Below the pieces are notes generated by a model. That model ran no database searches and had not been told where the DNA came from. It saw only the letters and a program-made list of their open reading frames with translations. A stretch of DNA of 64,000 bases from Daphnia carinata (Eukaryota). The stretch covers positions 2,542,001 through 2,606,000 of the forward strand of contig NC_081334.1 of assembly GCF_022539665.2 (NCBI RefSeq), in the 5' to 3' direction. Position numbers and translations under genes: made by a program. The stretch's first letter is position 1. Each line of letters starts with the position of its first letter. Below, one piece after another: positions 48,955-63,030 of the stretch.

Positions 48955-51900
48955 CTAATGCCGGTTGAGGCCATCTCCTCGGCTTTTTGAACGACGCATA
49001 GATGCATCTCCTATAACACATTAATTGTTTGTACAACTAAATACTTAGTGTGCTTGTTAAAGCTTGACAAGAACTTACCTGAGAGAGCAAGTTTACGAGC
49101 ACTTTCACTCATGCCCTCAGCTTTACTCTGGCTACGTTTCATAGCATTGGTAGTAGAGCTTTGCAGCTCAGAAGGGTTGATACTTGAGCCTCTAGAGCTA
49201 TGAAGAGCCCGACCCCTCTTATCCAAAATAAGTTTGTCCGCTTTAACGAAAATCCCGTGCTTTGGTTTGCAGCTGAAATAACAAACTCCTTGAACAGTAC
49301 CATCATGTTTACCTAGAATTACAGACATTTAACTGGGACACATCGCGAATTAGAATTTATCTCTTACCTGTCGGAGCATCTAATGTTACCCCAATCCAAG
49401 TACCAGATGCAAATTGCGTTGCACCTATAAAGGAAATTATGCCCGACCAGTTGTAAGGTCGTACTAAAATACTCTCGCCTACAGTTACCCATTCCGGTAA
49501 AGGCTTGGAGGGTTTACTCGTAACTGCTGGAACCTCGGAAGAAGTTTCCTAAACGTAAATGAAATTAACATTTATAAGCGGTGCTAATAAAATGAATGAA
49601 AAACTTATTGCTACCTCATCGTCGGTGGCTGTAAGGCGTTCGATGGAAACGTTGCTACTGCTACTATGAGCACTGCCATAACTATTGTTGAGATTAAGCG
49701 ATTCGTTTACGGTCAATGCCGTGGGGCAGGAGGATCGATGAGCCTTTAGAGCTGTCAATTTGTCAACCGAAGCTTTTGACCTCCGAACGACTCCACATTC
49801 AGTGGAGACGACCGTCAAGCTCTTTTCGAATTCTTCTTGGTTCGCTTCGTACGTAGACGCAATGGGTGGCTGTGGCAGTGGCTGAGCTATCGGATGATCT
49901 GGCGTTTCTTCCGTGCTAACACTACAACTTCTTAAAGAGCACTCGTCCTCATTGGTACTAGAAAGCGTCACCTCTGACGCTCCATTCGATCCGTACCCAC
50001 TAGAATAAACGCTCTCGCCTTGTGGACCATTCTCATCGGCATGCACTTGCAACCGGCTTTCGTTGTCAATCATGTCTAATTCAGCTTCTTCTTCGTTCTA
50101 ACATAAAACATTTTTGTGCTTTACTTATGCTATCTTTCTTTTTGTTACTAGAACTTTTGATACCTTATCTTCCATTATTTCAGGGGTAGTTTCTAGCTTG
50201 TCCACAAAGACAAGGGATGATATTGCATGGTTACCAGCAGTAGGATTTTCTTCATGTAAAGTTGTCATTCTTGAGACGAGACGGGAAGATGCGGGACTAG
50301 GAGATGACTGATTTAATCTACCTAGTCCTGCACTGGCATTAAGATTAAGATAATTGGGCCGCGTCACCGTTGAATCAAGTGATCTGCGAGCAACTTCACT
50401 AGATGGTGAATTAGGAGATCCTGTTGTCGTATTTTTATCCTAAAATGAATTAATGATTAGTTTACTATACAAAGAGGTTAGAAAAAACTAGTCTTACTCG
50501 GCCTTGAATGCCAAGTATTTCGGCCGCAAAATTGGCCAATGATTCTGAGCGTCCCATTTTCCCTGTACTGCCATTACTGTTTTCTTCTTGCCAACGAAGT
50601 AACTGGGACAGGTTGGGAACACTCAAGGTCTTTCTCATGGTTGAGCTCGTTTTTCCACCTTGTTGGTTTTGGAGTAGTTCTTTTACAGCCAAATTCTGGC
50701 GGAGTCTGTCCAACGTCAAAATAGATTCGACTGCCCCTACGCTTTTCGTATATTTTTCGATGTAAGTTTCACCGTCCTCAGAATAGACGTCTTCACCTGA
50801 AGCTGCTAGCTGTGCTAGGGATTCGCGATCTTCCAGCTCTTCGCTGGCTTTAGGTACATTGGATACGATTTCGTACATAACTCCCGAAGAGGTAATCGAA
50901 TCAACACGTCCGATCTTCTTCTTCAAAATGCTCGTAAGGCTCTGTTTCTTGTAGATATTAATTGCAAGTCTCTTGCGCAGAATGAGATCCATCGGAGAAG
51001 GATGTGACAATCGAACCTAAGTTGCGAGGTTGTAATGTTAGTTTATGGCAAAACAAAAGTAATAAACAACTAACCGTGGCCTTTAAGATCAAGTAGACTC
51101 GCTCATTTGCTTCAGTAACGCGGTTTAGATATAAACTGTCATGAATTGAAGAGTCCCAGGCAGCGACGGCACCGATATCTTCATTGTCAAGATACCTGAT
51201 GATTGGCAAGCTGGAAAACTGTCCACCATGTTCTTTAGGTAAGATGGAGTTGCTTCCAGCTGGTGACATAAACTGCCCATCATCAACCATATTTAAACCG
51301 TCGAGAAAGGAACTATTTTCAAAACTTCCATGTAGATTTGATTGATAGGGTGCGGAAAGATCGTCTGGGTTTAAATCGAGGAACAAGACCGGGACGTGCC
51401 GTTCCAAACCAGCAGGAGGATTCCAATCCGTCGGTACGGGGGCACCTAAATCATCGGCAGTAGATTAAAAAACAAGCCGCTCATATTACATTTATTGGAT
51501 CTATTTTTACCTGGAATTCCCGAACTGGATATGGGTATCAAGACTGTGTTTCTCTCCTCCGTCAGGCTAACCCACTGGTTCACCAAACTCTGCTCACGTT
51601 CAACATCGCTCTCGCTTTTGTCTGGCTTTTGCATTAAACGTTGCAATTGCTGGTCAAGATGTTGTCTTCTACGTGCAACGGCATCGCTCCACTTGTCACG
51701 CAACAATAGCAGGTCTTCCTCTTGGTACGAATCGAGCTGTTTTTGCAATTTGGACCTGGCTGAAACACTTCCTATTTCGACACATGTCACTGTCTCACAG
51801 ACCAGTGGTAACGTGCCAGAGTCACGGACAGGTCGGACACGTACGCACACTCGTCGTTGTTGTCCTTGGCGTAGTTGATAGACACCTCCAGACAGACAGT

Positions 51901-54900
51901 CTCGATGTATAACCTCAACTGGAACGTACTCTCCAGAATCACTCAATTCCTACATGGATAGAGAGGTACGAAGTTTGTAAACATACTAAACGCATTGACA
52001 AGTACGTCATACCTGAATTTCCACCCATAATTCAATTCGACGTGAAACTTCACGCCATTTATCCGCTAACGATCTCACTTTTGCTAGCTGCTGCTGCTCC
52101 ACTTCCCATGCAGTTTTCCCAGCTATAAAATAATAAATAAACGTTTAAATAGTCCACAGCTTCCCGAAAGTTTAAAGATACCTGTGAAACCAACACTTCG
52201 ATGACCCCAAACCTCAATTGAAAGAGCGCCTTCACTGCACAAATCCATAAACTCCTCTGTTAATTGGACAGTAAAATCCTTTACATGATCAAAGCGAATG
52301 CGAACATCATTTTGGTTTCGCCGGTCCTCATCCTCGTTACTCATCACTGTAGGTACTACCACAGCCTCTGTTTGTCCGAACATGTTATACTGACAGAAAA
52401 CAAAGTGGGACAAAGATGCCGGCAGCCCGCAAACCTAGAAGGGTAGGAAAAACAAACAGTTCAAGTTAAAATAAAAGTGAATTACAATTTTTCTCACCTG
52501 GTGTATGCTAACACGGCACGTTATCGTAGAGCAATTGCTATTAGATGTAACATCCTCATCTTGCTCATCCCAATTCTCACCCGAGTCAGATTCACACATG
52601 TGATCGGTAGGAAATTGACCAGCTATTCTGCTCAGTTCCACCTGGGATAAATTCACAAATTACTTGGATTGCAATAATATTTTTTATAACACACGAAAAA
52701 TAAAAAAGCGCAGTACCTGTAATTTTCCGGCTACTTCTCCTTGTTGAGATATAATAGGAACAAAGTAATTTAACCTAACGTCATGGAAGAGCACATCCAT
52801 GTATATATTAGCGACACCAATTAAACTATGGCTCTCTTGCAGCTCGTAGAATGGATCAGAGCCTGTGTACGTAAAAAATAATTAATCAAATATTCGAACT
52901 CTTTGGCGTTTAAAAAAAAATCTTACCTGGAGACAGGAAAGGATTTTCCCTTCTATTAAGCGGATCCACATTCTTGAATTCGTTGTAGAGATCTCTCATG
53001 TCCACTAATTTGACGTCTAATTTATCTAATGACCAGATTTGATTGGGCTTCCCTGTCCGCCTGACAAGAATCGCTGGTTCACTCACCAACCCTATTCGTT
53101 TACGATTAGGACTCAGGTTGGCAGGTGGGATTTGGAGAGTTACACTAAAGCGTGTCTGCTTCCCAAGTTCCTCGGCTAATACATTGGCTTCACGAGCGAG
53201 AGCGTTAGCCCGTACGATGTCTTCTCTAAGCTGCGCCAAACTTCGTCGGAATACCTCATCCTTCTCTTGTGCCCATCTTTCTGAGCGTGGCGTCCCCAGT
53301 CCCACACTTCCGCGAAGGGATCTACCGCTCAGATCAAGCGATGAGAAGGATGAAGATGGAGACATGGGTGATAGAAGGGAAGTACGAAGTTGATGAAAAT
53401 GTCGTTCATATTCTTGCCGTTGACGCTGTAGAGCTCGTTGTTTGTCTTCTTCGTGTTGCTTCTCCAAACGGGCGATTGCCGTCTAATGAACAGAAATATT
53501 TTAAGAAATGGGTCATTGTGCATATTGAAGTTACGTAAATTACTTGAATGGGATCATTGGACATTTCTTTTAGGACAAGTTCTTCTCGCGCAAAATTGAA
53601 ATCTGGTTGAATCTGTTCTTCGCTAGTTGGACTAGGACGCGGGCAGTTGACCCGAAAAAAATGGTTGTTTCCCCATAGCAACCGATCACCGTGACGGAGT
53701 AGGACTCGAGCAATTACAGGCGATCCATTCAAAAAGCAGGGCGCGACCCCTATTGGTTCCATAAATAGTTGTCCATTCTCAATAAGTAATTGACAGTGCT
53801 CGGTCTGGATGCCAAGTCCAGACAGCTGGATATCAGGCTGACTATCAGCGTCTTGCCGGCCCACAAGAGTACGATCCTAAATGAAAAGCGTGTATATACA
53901 CAAATGTCCAAATGGAAGTTAGAGGGCATTTACCTTTAAATAGTAGACAAGTAATTCGTTGAGTGATGGGTCAGCATTCAAGTTAACCAGATAGAACTTA
54001 TTCTTCTCCACTTGGATCCCAGAAGCTTGGACGGAAATACCCATTTTTTCTAAAGCCTGTTGCCGTTCGTGGTGCACACGTTCCGTTTTCACCAGTTTCT
54101 CTTCCCACGTTTCCGACATGGCACTCATCAGTTTTTCCGACTGATGAAGTTGCTCGCTGAGATCATCACGGTACACGGCATGCTAATAAGATACAAGGAA
54201 TCATATTAGTCCTGCCTCGTTGCGTCATTTTTAGGTAGTTGGAAAACTAATTATAAAAGATATTGCAGTTCAAAGTATGTCTCTTTCACAGACATGCTCA
54301 AGAGTGGAAATAAAGGGATCAACACAAAAACTATTTTATCCTAAAGCTACTAAAAAGTCTGTGAAGGAATGGCATTGCGTCCCCCAACAAGATCTGCGTC
54401 TGAGAACAAAACTTTATGGAGGATGGATCATAACACCCCACCCACAATTGGCATAGAAAAACGCCCTGGATTACGATACCCGAAAATAGCTAATAGTATA
54501 CTGTGTAAAGCTTTATATTTATAACCTCGTTTCTTATGAGAACCTGGGAAAAAAGGTCTTAAACCAAAATATTCTTGCTGTGCTCGCATTTTTCTAAGGC
54601 TTCTAAGCTTTTAGCCTATATAACCCACCATAATAAACAATGCATTGGTTGACGGTGCCTTTCGAAATGCCATCACAGCCCACCTCAAGAGGCTTAAGGC
54701 TAGCAGAGTACGAGATATGCCCATATATTTAGGAAAAACAAGGCTTACCTTGAGTTGCTCTTTAAGGAATTCCAATTCCTCTCTCAATTCTCTAATGATA
54801 CGGCCGTTCGGATCTTCGTTAACTACTGCGTGGCAAACGATACGTTTGGCTCTGTCAGCATAGCGTAGTGTCGACAAAGTTTCCTCGTAGTTGTCTGACG

Positions 54901-57900
54901 CCGGGGATATCGTGGCCACCATGACTGTTCTGCTGTTTCCACCCAAGTTATCCTATGTAAGGAGTCGTAATATGATATGATTGTTTAAAATTTAGTATTG
55001 GGAGAAACTTACTTTAAGAAGCCATGTCAACACAGAATCTCGATACGGGACAAATTTGTCCTTATTTTTTAGCGTAGCTTGATCGGCCAACTTGGAAATG
55101 ACTAAGCCCAAGGTGGTAAGCGACTTATTGATGTTGGATCCCTCTTTCAGCCGGTCTCCGACTGCTCCCGTCTTAGAGACGCGCTCGGATCCAGCCAAAT
55201 CGACCAAAGACATTTTGCTGACCTTTCCATTTTTTGGTTTAAAAAATTAAATATATGATTGAAAAATGTTTTTTTTTGAAGTTAAATTTCAAAGCTAACC
55301 TTTTCGCCAGTTACGTCACTAAAAGGATCAGTAAATATTTGAGTAAGAATAACGTTGAAAACAGCATGTGAGCGGGACGATTCGCTGTTCATGTTGGTTG
55401 CGGCTACAGTTCGTGACTTATTTCCTTCGCCCATAAGCACTTCAATGTCTTGATAAGATGTAACAGCCAGCTGGGCCAGACCGTCTACGTAAGGACCTAG
55501 TACCGAATGCTCTCGCACTTTAAGCGATTGCTTGTGAGCCCCAGGGTCTAACAAATCGTGGACTTTTTCGTTGTATATCTCCATATAGCTCACTTCGACC
55601 TAGAGGATATTCAACGAAAATATATTAATGTTGAAGGACACCCATTTCAATGTCTTAAGAATGAATTAGAATACCTTGCACATCAAGGAAGGTTCTTCTT
55701 CCTTGAGTCGTTTGATTCGATCAAAGAGAGCGTTGCATAGCCGTGGAATGATCCCCGGATTGTTTTGCGTTCCCATCATTGTGTACGACTTTCCGGACCC
55801 TGAATTCCCATCGTAATATAAAAGAAGTAATTAATCAATCGGTAAATACAAAATGGCAACGGTTGAACAGGTAAATCATTCACTGTAAGATAATCTCATT
55901 GCGAAATTGTGGGCTACGTCATTCCTATAACGGGAATAGTGCAACGCGACTCCCACCAAATAACCAAGCTTCCCTTTGTTAATTACAGCCACATTAAGGC
56001 ATTCATCCTAATAGTAATATGAACGAATGCGAAATATGACCATCCCGTAAGATCGATTACCCTTGGTTGGTCTGTCCCCGGGCAGATCCCTCGCATTTTA
56101 GAAAAGAGAGCGGAGATATGGGAAAAAGCTTGTGCGCCCTTCTTGTAACATATGCTTTTACACACAGAGGGAACAATTAACGTCTGCGGAAGTGTGACCC
56201 TAAGCATAACAACAAAATTAAACAATGCATCATCGGAGTCAGTTCGGGTGGGAGGAGTTAACGCTTTTCTACCAATGCACGGTACGAAGCAAATCTCATA
56301 TACTTGGAACTACTATGTGGCTTCAACTACAAAAAAAAGGAAGAAAAAAACAGAAAAGTCGAGTCAAATCTTGTTGGTACAGTTACAAGAAAACCCATTA
56401 TCAAGAGTCGAGTGAAAGAGCGGGTAAGAAAAAAAAAAGAAAGGAATACGTTATTGCAGACATAACCCGAGGACAACATGAAATCAGCGCTGGGGCTGAT
56501 ACACGAAAAAATGCAACGAAAGAGGTCAAGTACATTTGCTTGCTTCATTGAAAAATAAGATAGGGTATGAAAGGTTTTCCGAACCTGTTTGTCCGTAGGC
56601 GAAGATGCAGGCATTATATCCTTGAAAGGCGTTTTCTAACAAATCCTGGCCGAGAGCTTCGAAAACCTTTTCTTGGCTACTGAATCTGCTATCCTCTTCG
56701 TCCAGCGAGAAAAAACTGTGGTCGAATGTGAAGCTTTTGGGGTCCTTCCGGCTGTAAAAAGAAGAAGTCAAGAGTTAGATTACTAGTTAACGTTAGGCCA
56801 AACGTAATCTTGGCTTCCGACAACTGACGCAGCCAGACAAAATATAAGAGAGTACACACGCATCAATAAATACACAATTTTTGGAAAATCTACTAAGAAT
56901 CCCGGGGTATTGAACAGAGTGCACCGGCTTTTCCCCAGAAAATACTCCAAACAGAGCAGATGATACACGATTGAGCGCTCATCCGAAAGGTCACGGGGTA
57001 CTGAAACTGCGGGCCGGGAAAAGAAAAAAATAAGACCATTGGTGTATTCACTGTACAGGGATGCAATAAATCACGCCTCCCCCTATTTCGAATGATTGCA
57101 AAAGAAAGAAGCAAGCGAGCGTGCCTGCCACATTGATCACAGTTCTGCCGCTCGAAATGAGTCACCTTCTTTCTTTCCGATTGGGGACTCGATGTTAGTT
57201 GCACAGTCGGTGACGATCACCAAATCAATTCGGTTGGCCAAATGTCACGCACAAAGATGGGAAGGGGAAACTAGTGTGGAACTTCGATTGAGGCATGCAA
57301 TGAAAAGAATAATAAAAATTGAACATACTGCAAGAGGAACAGAAGGGGGGTGGAGATGAGGCTCCCCTAACATCATGCCATTTTTGAAGTCCTCTTTTGC
57401 CTTTCTCTATACTTAATGTTCGAAAGGCTAAATAAAGCTTCACATATTTTTTACATTAAACTAGGCCTCAAGTAAACACAAGAATTTTTCCATTAGGTTA
57501 AATATGAGTGATGCTTTTCATAATCTCCTATCTCACTTCTCATTCTCCCTCCCTTTTCCCTTAAAAATGATTCAAACCATAGGCAATTTTAGTTCTTGTC
57601 TGAAATAACCAGGACCAGAGTGTGCTGGGGCATCTGTAGATAAGATAAGACAACCTACGTTCTAAAACTATGGTGTTTTAACATGAACAGGAAATTGAAC
57701 TGGGAGTGTAAGTGGAAGTGTACCTTTCTGGTGGTTTATCCAATGTTGAAGGGTGGTGTAAGACTGTCTGCGAGTCTATCATCTCGACTACACATTTGGT
57801 GCTCAGGTCAATTTCTTGAAGGACAAGAAAATGATTTACACTTAAATTCACAGAAATATGCTAAACTAGGACTTCATTACCTCGCCGGTTAAAAGGCCGA

Positions 57901-57932
57901 ACCCTGACAGCGACCTGAACCTTGTTCGACAT
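48955..57932 (-). CDS. Khc-73: Kinesin-3 motor KIF13-type with FHA and C-terminal CAP-Gly, many exons
   Basis: [61 protein letters not shown]-Gly [15 protein letters not shown]. Confidence 0.95.
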
Positions 57933-58969
57933 TGTTTTGATAAATATTTATATGTCTAGGACACCAAAACAACACAAGGGACACAAATACTAGGGGTGGC
58001 AGATAGGGAACTGCCTAATGCCTTCACTTTTGCACTGAGATCGCACAACTCATCTACTTTGGCACGGGTTAACTAATAAAACCCTAAGAAAACCCAGCTC
58101 ACTAACTCGGTCCGATTAAATATATTAAGACATGGGAACTGTTTAGGAGCAACTGCAGCTGCTGTAGACTGCTGGCGCAAGCTAACAAATGAATAAAGAC
58201 GACTCAGGCCAATGAGTTCCGAAATTCAATGTGATCAGCTTTGTATTTGCGTTGCCAGCCATTGGCTGCACACAGTTTCGATGACAACCCAGTGCCCTAC
58301 CGAGACGCTAACGGGAATCATACGAACTAGCTATAACGCTATTTTGAAGACCTTTCATTTAAACAGCAACGATGCGCTTTCGAATCAATGTTATAGGCTT
58401 GATTTAGTGAGGAGCGAAAGGATAATGAACAAAATAATTTTTTTTCGTCACTCTGTTTCCATTATGTTTTACAAACGATAAGAGCAAATAGACAACTACG
58501 AAATGCAGTTTGTAGATGGCGTTGAGTGACCACGTTAAGCATTACTGGTGGGGACTTTTGGCCTGAAAAATTTATGGTACATCTTGAATTGTATTTGGGA
58601 CTGTTGTTAAACAGTAGCTTCGTTCACTTTCCCAACTTTTTTAATGTTTTCCGATTTCTTTGTGTTGCAATACGGAAACGGATTTTGATATTGAGTGATT
58701 TAGGGTTTGCCTGAGAAAGTTGCAGCACCTTTGAGTCATCAGGATTTTGCATTTTTTTAGTAGTGTTGTTCGTAGTCACGTTGCCACACCCTGTGTGTTA
58801 GTGTTATTGTTATCGATTTGCGCAAGCGCTGTTGTAGGGATTAACTAGTTCGCCTTTCCGTCGTTGTTTGATCGAAATTGTTGTTGTCGTTTAACTGTCG
58901 AGCAACTGCGTTGTACTGTTAACTTGCAAGGAAAGCATAGTGTTCCATTATTATTAGTGAAGTTGCATA

Positions 58970-60965
58970 ATGGGAGCTGTGTTAGGTATTTGCAGTGCGG
59001 CCCAGGTAAAAAGAGTTTTATTATTGCTCTTGAAGTATCCTTGTTTATCTTAAGATTTATCCTGCAATCACATCTAGTAATTGTTCGCTAACATCTTCTA
59101 ACATTTCACAAGATATTATTTTTTAAATGGATAACTTATAATTTTTTTTTGCAGCTGGCTTGCTGTTGCGGAAGTGCAGCCTGTGGCCTCTGCTGCCAAG
59201 CATGCCCATCATGCAAGAATTCATCATCAACCAGGATTATGTATGCTATCATGTTGTTACTGGGGACCATTGTTGCATGTATAATGTTAAGTCCTGGGTT
59301 AGCATCTGCCATGCAAAAAGTTCCATTTTGTGATGGCTCGGAAAGCAGTGTGCCAGGCATGATTGTAGCCAATGCCATCAAAATTGACTGTGGAATTGCA
59401 GCTGGCTATCTAGCTGTGTACCGACTTTGTTTTGGCATGACTTTGTTTTTCCTCTTCATGGCACTTATCATGATTGGTGTTCGCAATTCAAAGGATCCAA
59501 GAGCTGGCATTCAAAATGGGTATTACCTGTTAACTACATACAAGATCATAAATGACATAATGTTATTTGCATTTGTGTTTACATAGGTTTTGGGCCATCA
59601 AATATCTTGTTTTGATTGGAGCAATTATTGGGGCTTTTTTCATCCCAGAAGATGAAGCTGGAACTTTTGGCACTACATGGATGTATTTTGGATTAATTGG
59701 AGGTTTTTGCTTCATTCTCATCCAATTGGTGCTTGTGGTTGATTTTGCGCACCGCTGGGCCGAATCATGGGTGGACAAATACGAGGAAACGAGTTCAAAG
59801 GCTTGGTATTTCCTTTTTTTCAGTTTATAAATTAAAACACGCCTCTTTAATAATGTCAAAAATTTACGTTTGTCAATAGGTACTGTGCATTGATTTTCTT
59901 TACCTTTTTCCAATACGCCCTGTGCATAACTGCTGTTAGCTTGTTCTTCGTCTACTATACCACGGTTGGTTAACGTGATACGTTGAATGTAGTCAGTTAC
60001 TACAACGAATGACGTTTTGGGTTACAGAGTGACGACTGCGCTTTGAACAAATTTTTCATCTCCATCAACCTGATTTTATGCATGTTGGTCAGTGTCGTAG
60101 CTGTGTTGCCAAAAGTGCAAGAATACCAACCGCGTTCGGGCTTGTTGCAAGCTTCAATTGTCAGTCTTTACACACTCTATTTGACATGGTCTGCCATGTC
60201 AAATAACCCTGGTAAATATCTACTTTTTATTTTGTCTTAATTCAATTAAACGTGTCACGTTGTTTAAAAGATGCACACTGCAAGCCAAATTTTTCGGATA
60301 TAATCAACGGCCAGACAGGACCCAGTACCCAAGAACAGAAGCCAACCTTTGACGCCGAATCGATTGTGGGCCTCGTGATCTGGTTTTGTTGTGTCCTGTA
60401 CTCGAGTATCCGTACTGCTTCCAACAAACAAACGGAGCGTCTAATTGGTTCGGATAAAGTACTGGCTAAAACCGACGACGGATCTACAGGTACTCTAGGT
60501 TCGCTGATGTTAGCATTGGTCTTAGCCTGGTATTATAATAATTAATCGAGAAAGCGTACAAATTTTACAGGTTAATTTACAATTTTAAAATTAATTAATG
60601 CAATACTTTAGGAAGCGGTGCTGATGTCCATGAAGTCGAGTCCGGCGGCAAAGTATGGGATAACGAGGCAGATGGAGTCGCGTATTCTTGGTCTTTCTTT
60701 CATTTGATGTTCGCCCTTGCCACATTATACGTTATGATGACTATAACGAATTGGTACAAGTAAGTGATTCACCTACATTATGTGTTATGTATCGTTGCCT
60801 GATTAATTCTTATTTGATGTACGCAGACCTACCTCGGACTTGTCCACGCTGAGCAGCAACGAAGCGTCTGTCTGGGTGAAAATTATATCCTCTTGGTTGT
60901 GTCTTGGACTATACCTTTGGTCTTTGATCGCCCCCGCAGTGCTACCTGATCGCGATTTTAGTTAA
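58970..60965 (+). CDS. SERINC: Serine incorporator (TMS1/TDE family), multi-exon
   Basis: [78 protein letters not shown]. Confidence 0.96.
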
Positions 60966-61582
60966 ACAAGTTGTGAACAATCCATTTATATATTCGAGGT
61001 ATTTTTTTTGGTCTAAATGTCGAGCAGTTCTTGCATCAGTATCCTATACGGTGTTAGGAAGTCGTACGAATATCTTCATTAATCCCATTTTTTTTAATTA
61101 AGAGGTCTTCGTTGACATGACACAATATCTCTTAACCAGTCCCCGTTTTACCTTTCGGCGCACGCAATATGTAAACCAACGTCGATTAAAGAATACATGT
61201 AAGAAATCAGTGCGACCACTTGGTTTGTTAAGTAAACCTATTGTAATAGGCCAGAAATTTTTGGGCAGTTGTTTTCTTTCTATGTTTAGTTGAAGGTTTA
61301 GTAGAAAAAGCGATTAAAAATTTTCTCTTTAAATGATTTTCGATACAAACTTTTTTACTAGCTTCCGGAACTTCCAAATTTTGCACAGAATTGTATTCAC
61401 ACCAAACAGACATCGGAATGCTAGTATCCCAGCCTAACCTGACAAACAGGTGATTCCAAGCTTCGACACTTTCGTGGAGTACACTGATAAAGGGTTAACT
61501 AAGCGCGCTAATTTACAATCAGAGTCAGAACGTCAGTTTTCTTTCATCACGTTAAATAAAAATCGTTAAAGTACTGCCCTTT

Positions 61583-62417
61583 TTAAGGAACAGACTGATT
61601 TGGAATAGGTACTTCCATGTTCTTTACCAGATTGGTCGCCAAAAAATCAGTTTGGGCTCGGTTTAGCATTTCACCTCGACTTGCTCTGAATATAAATAAA
61701 ATGGTCAGTATAAATCCAAAGAAAATTTCAATGCTTTTTACTTTTTCCCAAGGGCCATGAGACCATAAACAACACCAGTTGCAAACAGCATAGCACTGCC
61801 TAGGAATGTTGATAAGCCAGCACAAAGAAACATGGCAGGCAATGATATTCTAGAATGTTAATTGATTAAACATTTCAATTAAGTTATGCAGTAGAACATT
61901 AGCAATAAAACTTACAAAATGTAAAATGCAGCCTTGTGCCAAACTGGCCTTCTATCAATAAAGTTTGTAAATGTTTGCACAAAATCCAGAAACATGCAGC
62001 AACAGGGTGCTTCTGCTAAAACTACCATGAATCCCGCCAATCTAACAAAAGGAAAGCATTAACAAAGCTAGAAACTCAATCTTGGAATTATTAATTTCAT
62101 ACATTTGCCATATGCCAGCAACTATACATATGGGTGAGAAAGATATGCAGGTCCACAATCCCAAAGCCATGGCCACTAAAATAAAAAGAATACAAATGTA
62201 ATTTCATGGATTTAAAAAAATGTCATTCAATTCAACTGGGTAAAGAAATTCTTCCGCCCGATGATCAAGTAGGAGGTGACACCGGTGATCGTTTAGAAAT
62301 GAGATACTTACCAACTCCACCAAAAGTGCCCATTCCTCTTCCGGCATATTTCAACCACCAAGGAACTTCTTCGGGTTGGGGGGCATCCGAAATTGGTTGA
62401 GGAGCTGCCGACGACAT
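61583..62417 (-). CDS. fwe: Calcium channel flower homolog (CACFD1), 5 exons
   Basis: PWWLKYAGR, CIVAGIWQ, AGFMVVLAEAPCCC, FATGVVYGLMALGKK-AS; mostly missed by the ORF track because exons are short. Confidence 0.88.
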
Positions 62418-63030
62418 ATTTATTAAAATCAAAACAAAATCAATTAAGCGGCGCGACTAGGGACTGCGAAGAATAAAGATACTAATAAACACAGCCAAAA
62501 AAAGCCAAACGAGTAGTGACAGCTCTGAAGAATTAAAGCGGCGTTGCCAGATCATGTAGAATAATTCCTCCCCGTTGGCATCGAAAGGAAAGTATGGAAT
62601 CACCTGTAATCTAGTCTATAGGTAGCAGTACCAGGTATCCTCTACCATATAGTAGCTAATTTAACTGACGCTACTTTTCAGGATTCACTTCGATATCACA
62701 CCAAAACGTTCTGAAAGAATCATTGAAAACGTAACTGTCCCTCTTTAAAAGCTATAAAAATATTCTCCTTGCGAATGCCTCGAATAATTATTTGTTCTAT
62801 AGTATCTTGTGTACTATTGTTACGATCGGAATTGCGCCTTGGCGGGAATAAAGAATTAATGGAGTACGCAAAATGAGGGGGACGAGGTAAGTAATCGATT
62901 GACCAGTATAATATTGCCTTTGAAGTGGACTACCATTTGCCACGTCATTTGTCCCTAAGTCAGCGTAACATAAGGTTTACCACTAGTTTCGTTTGCGACT
63001 AAAATTGGCGCCAATTTTTTAAATATTGCA

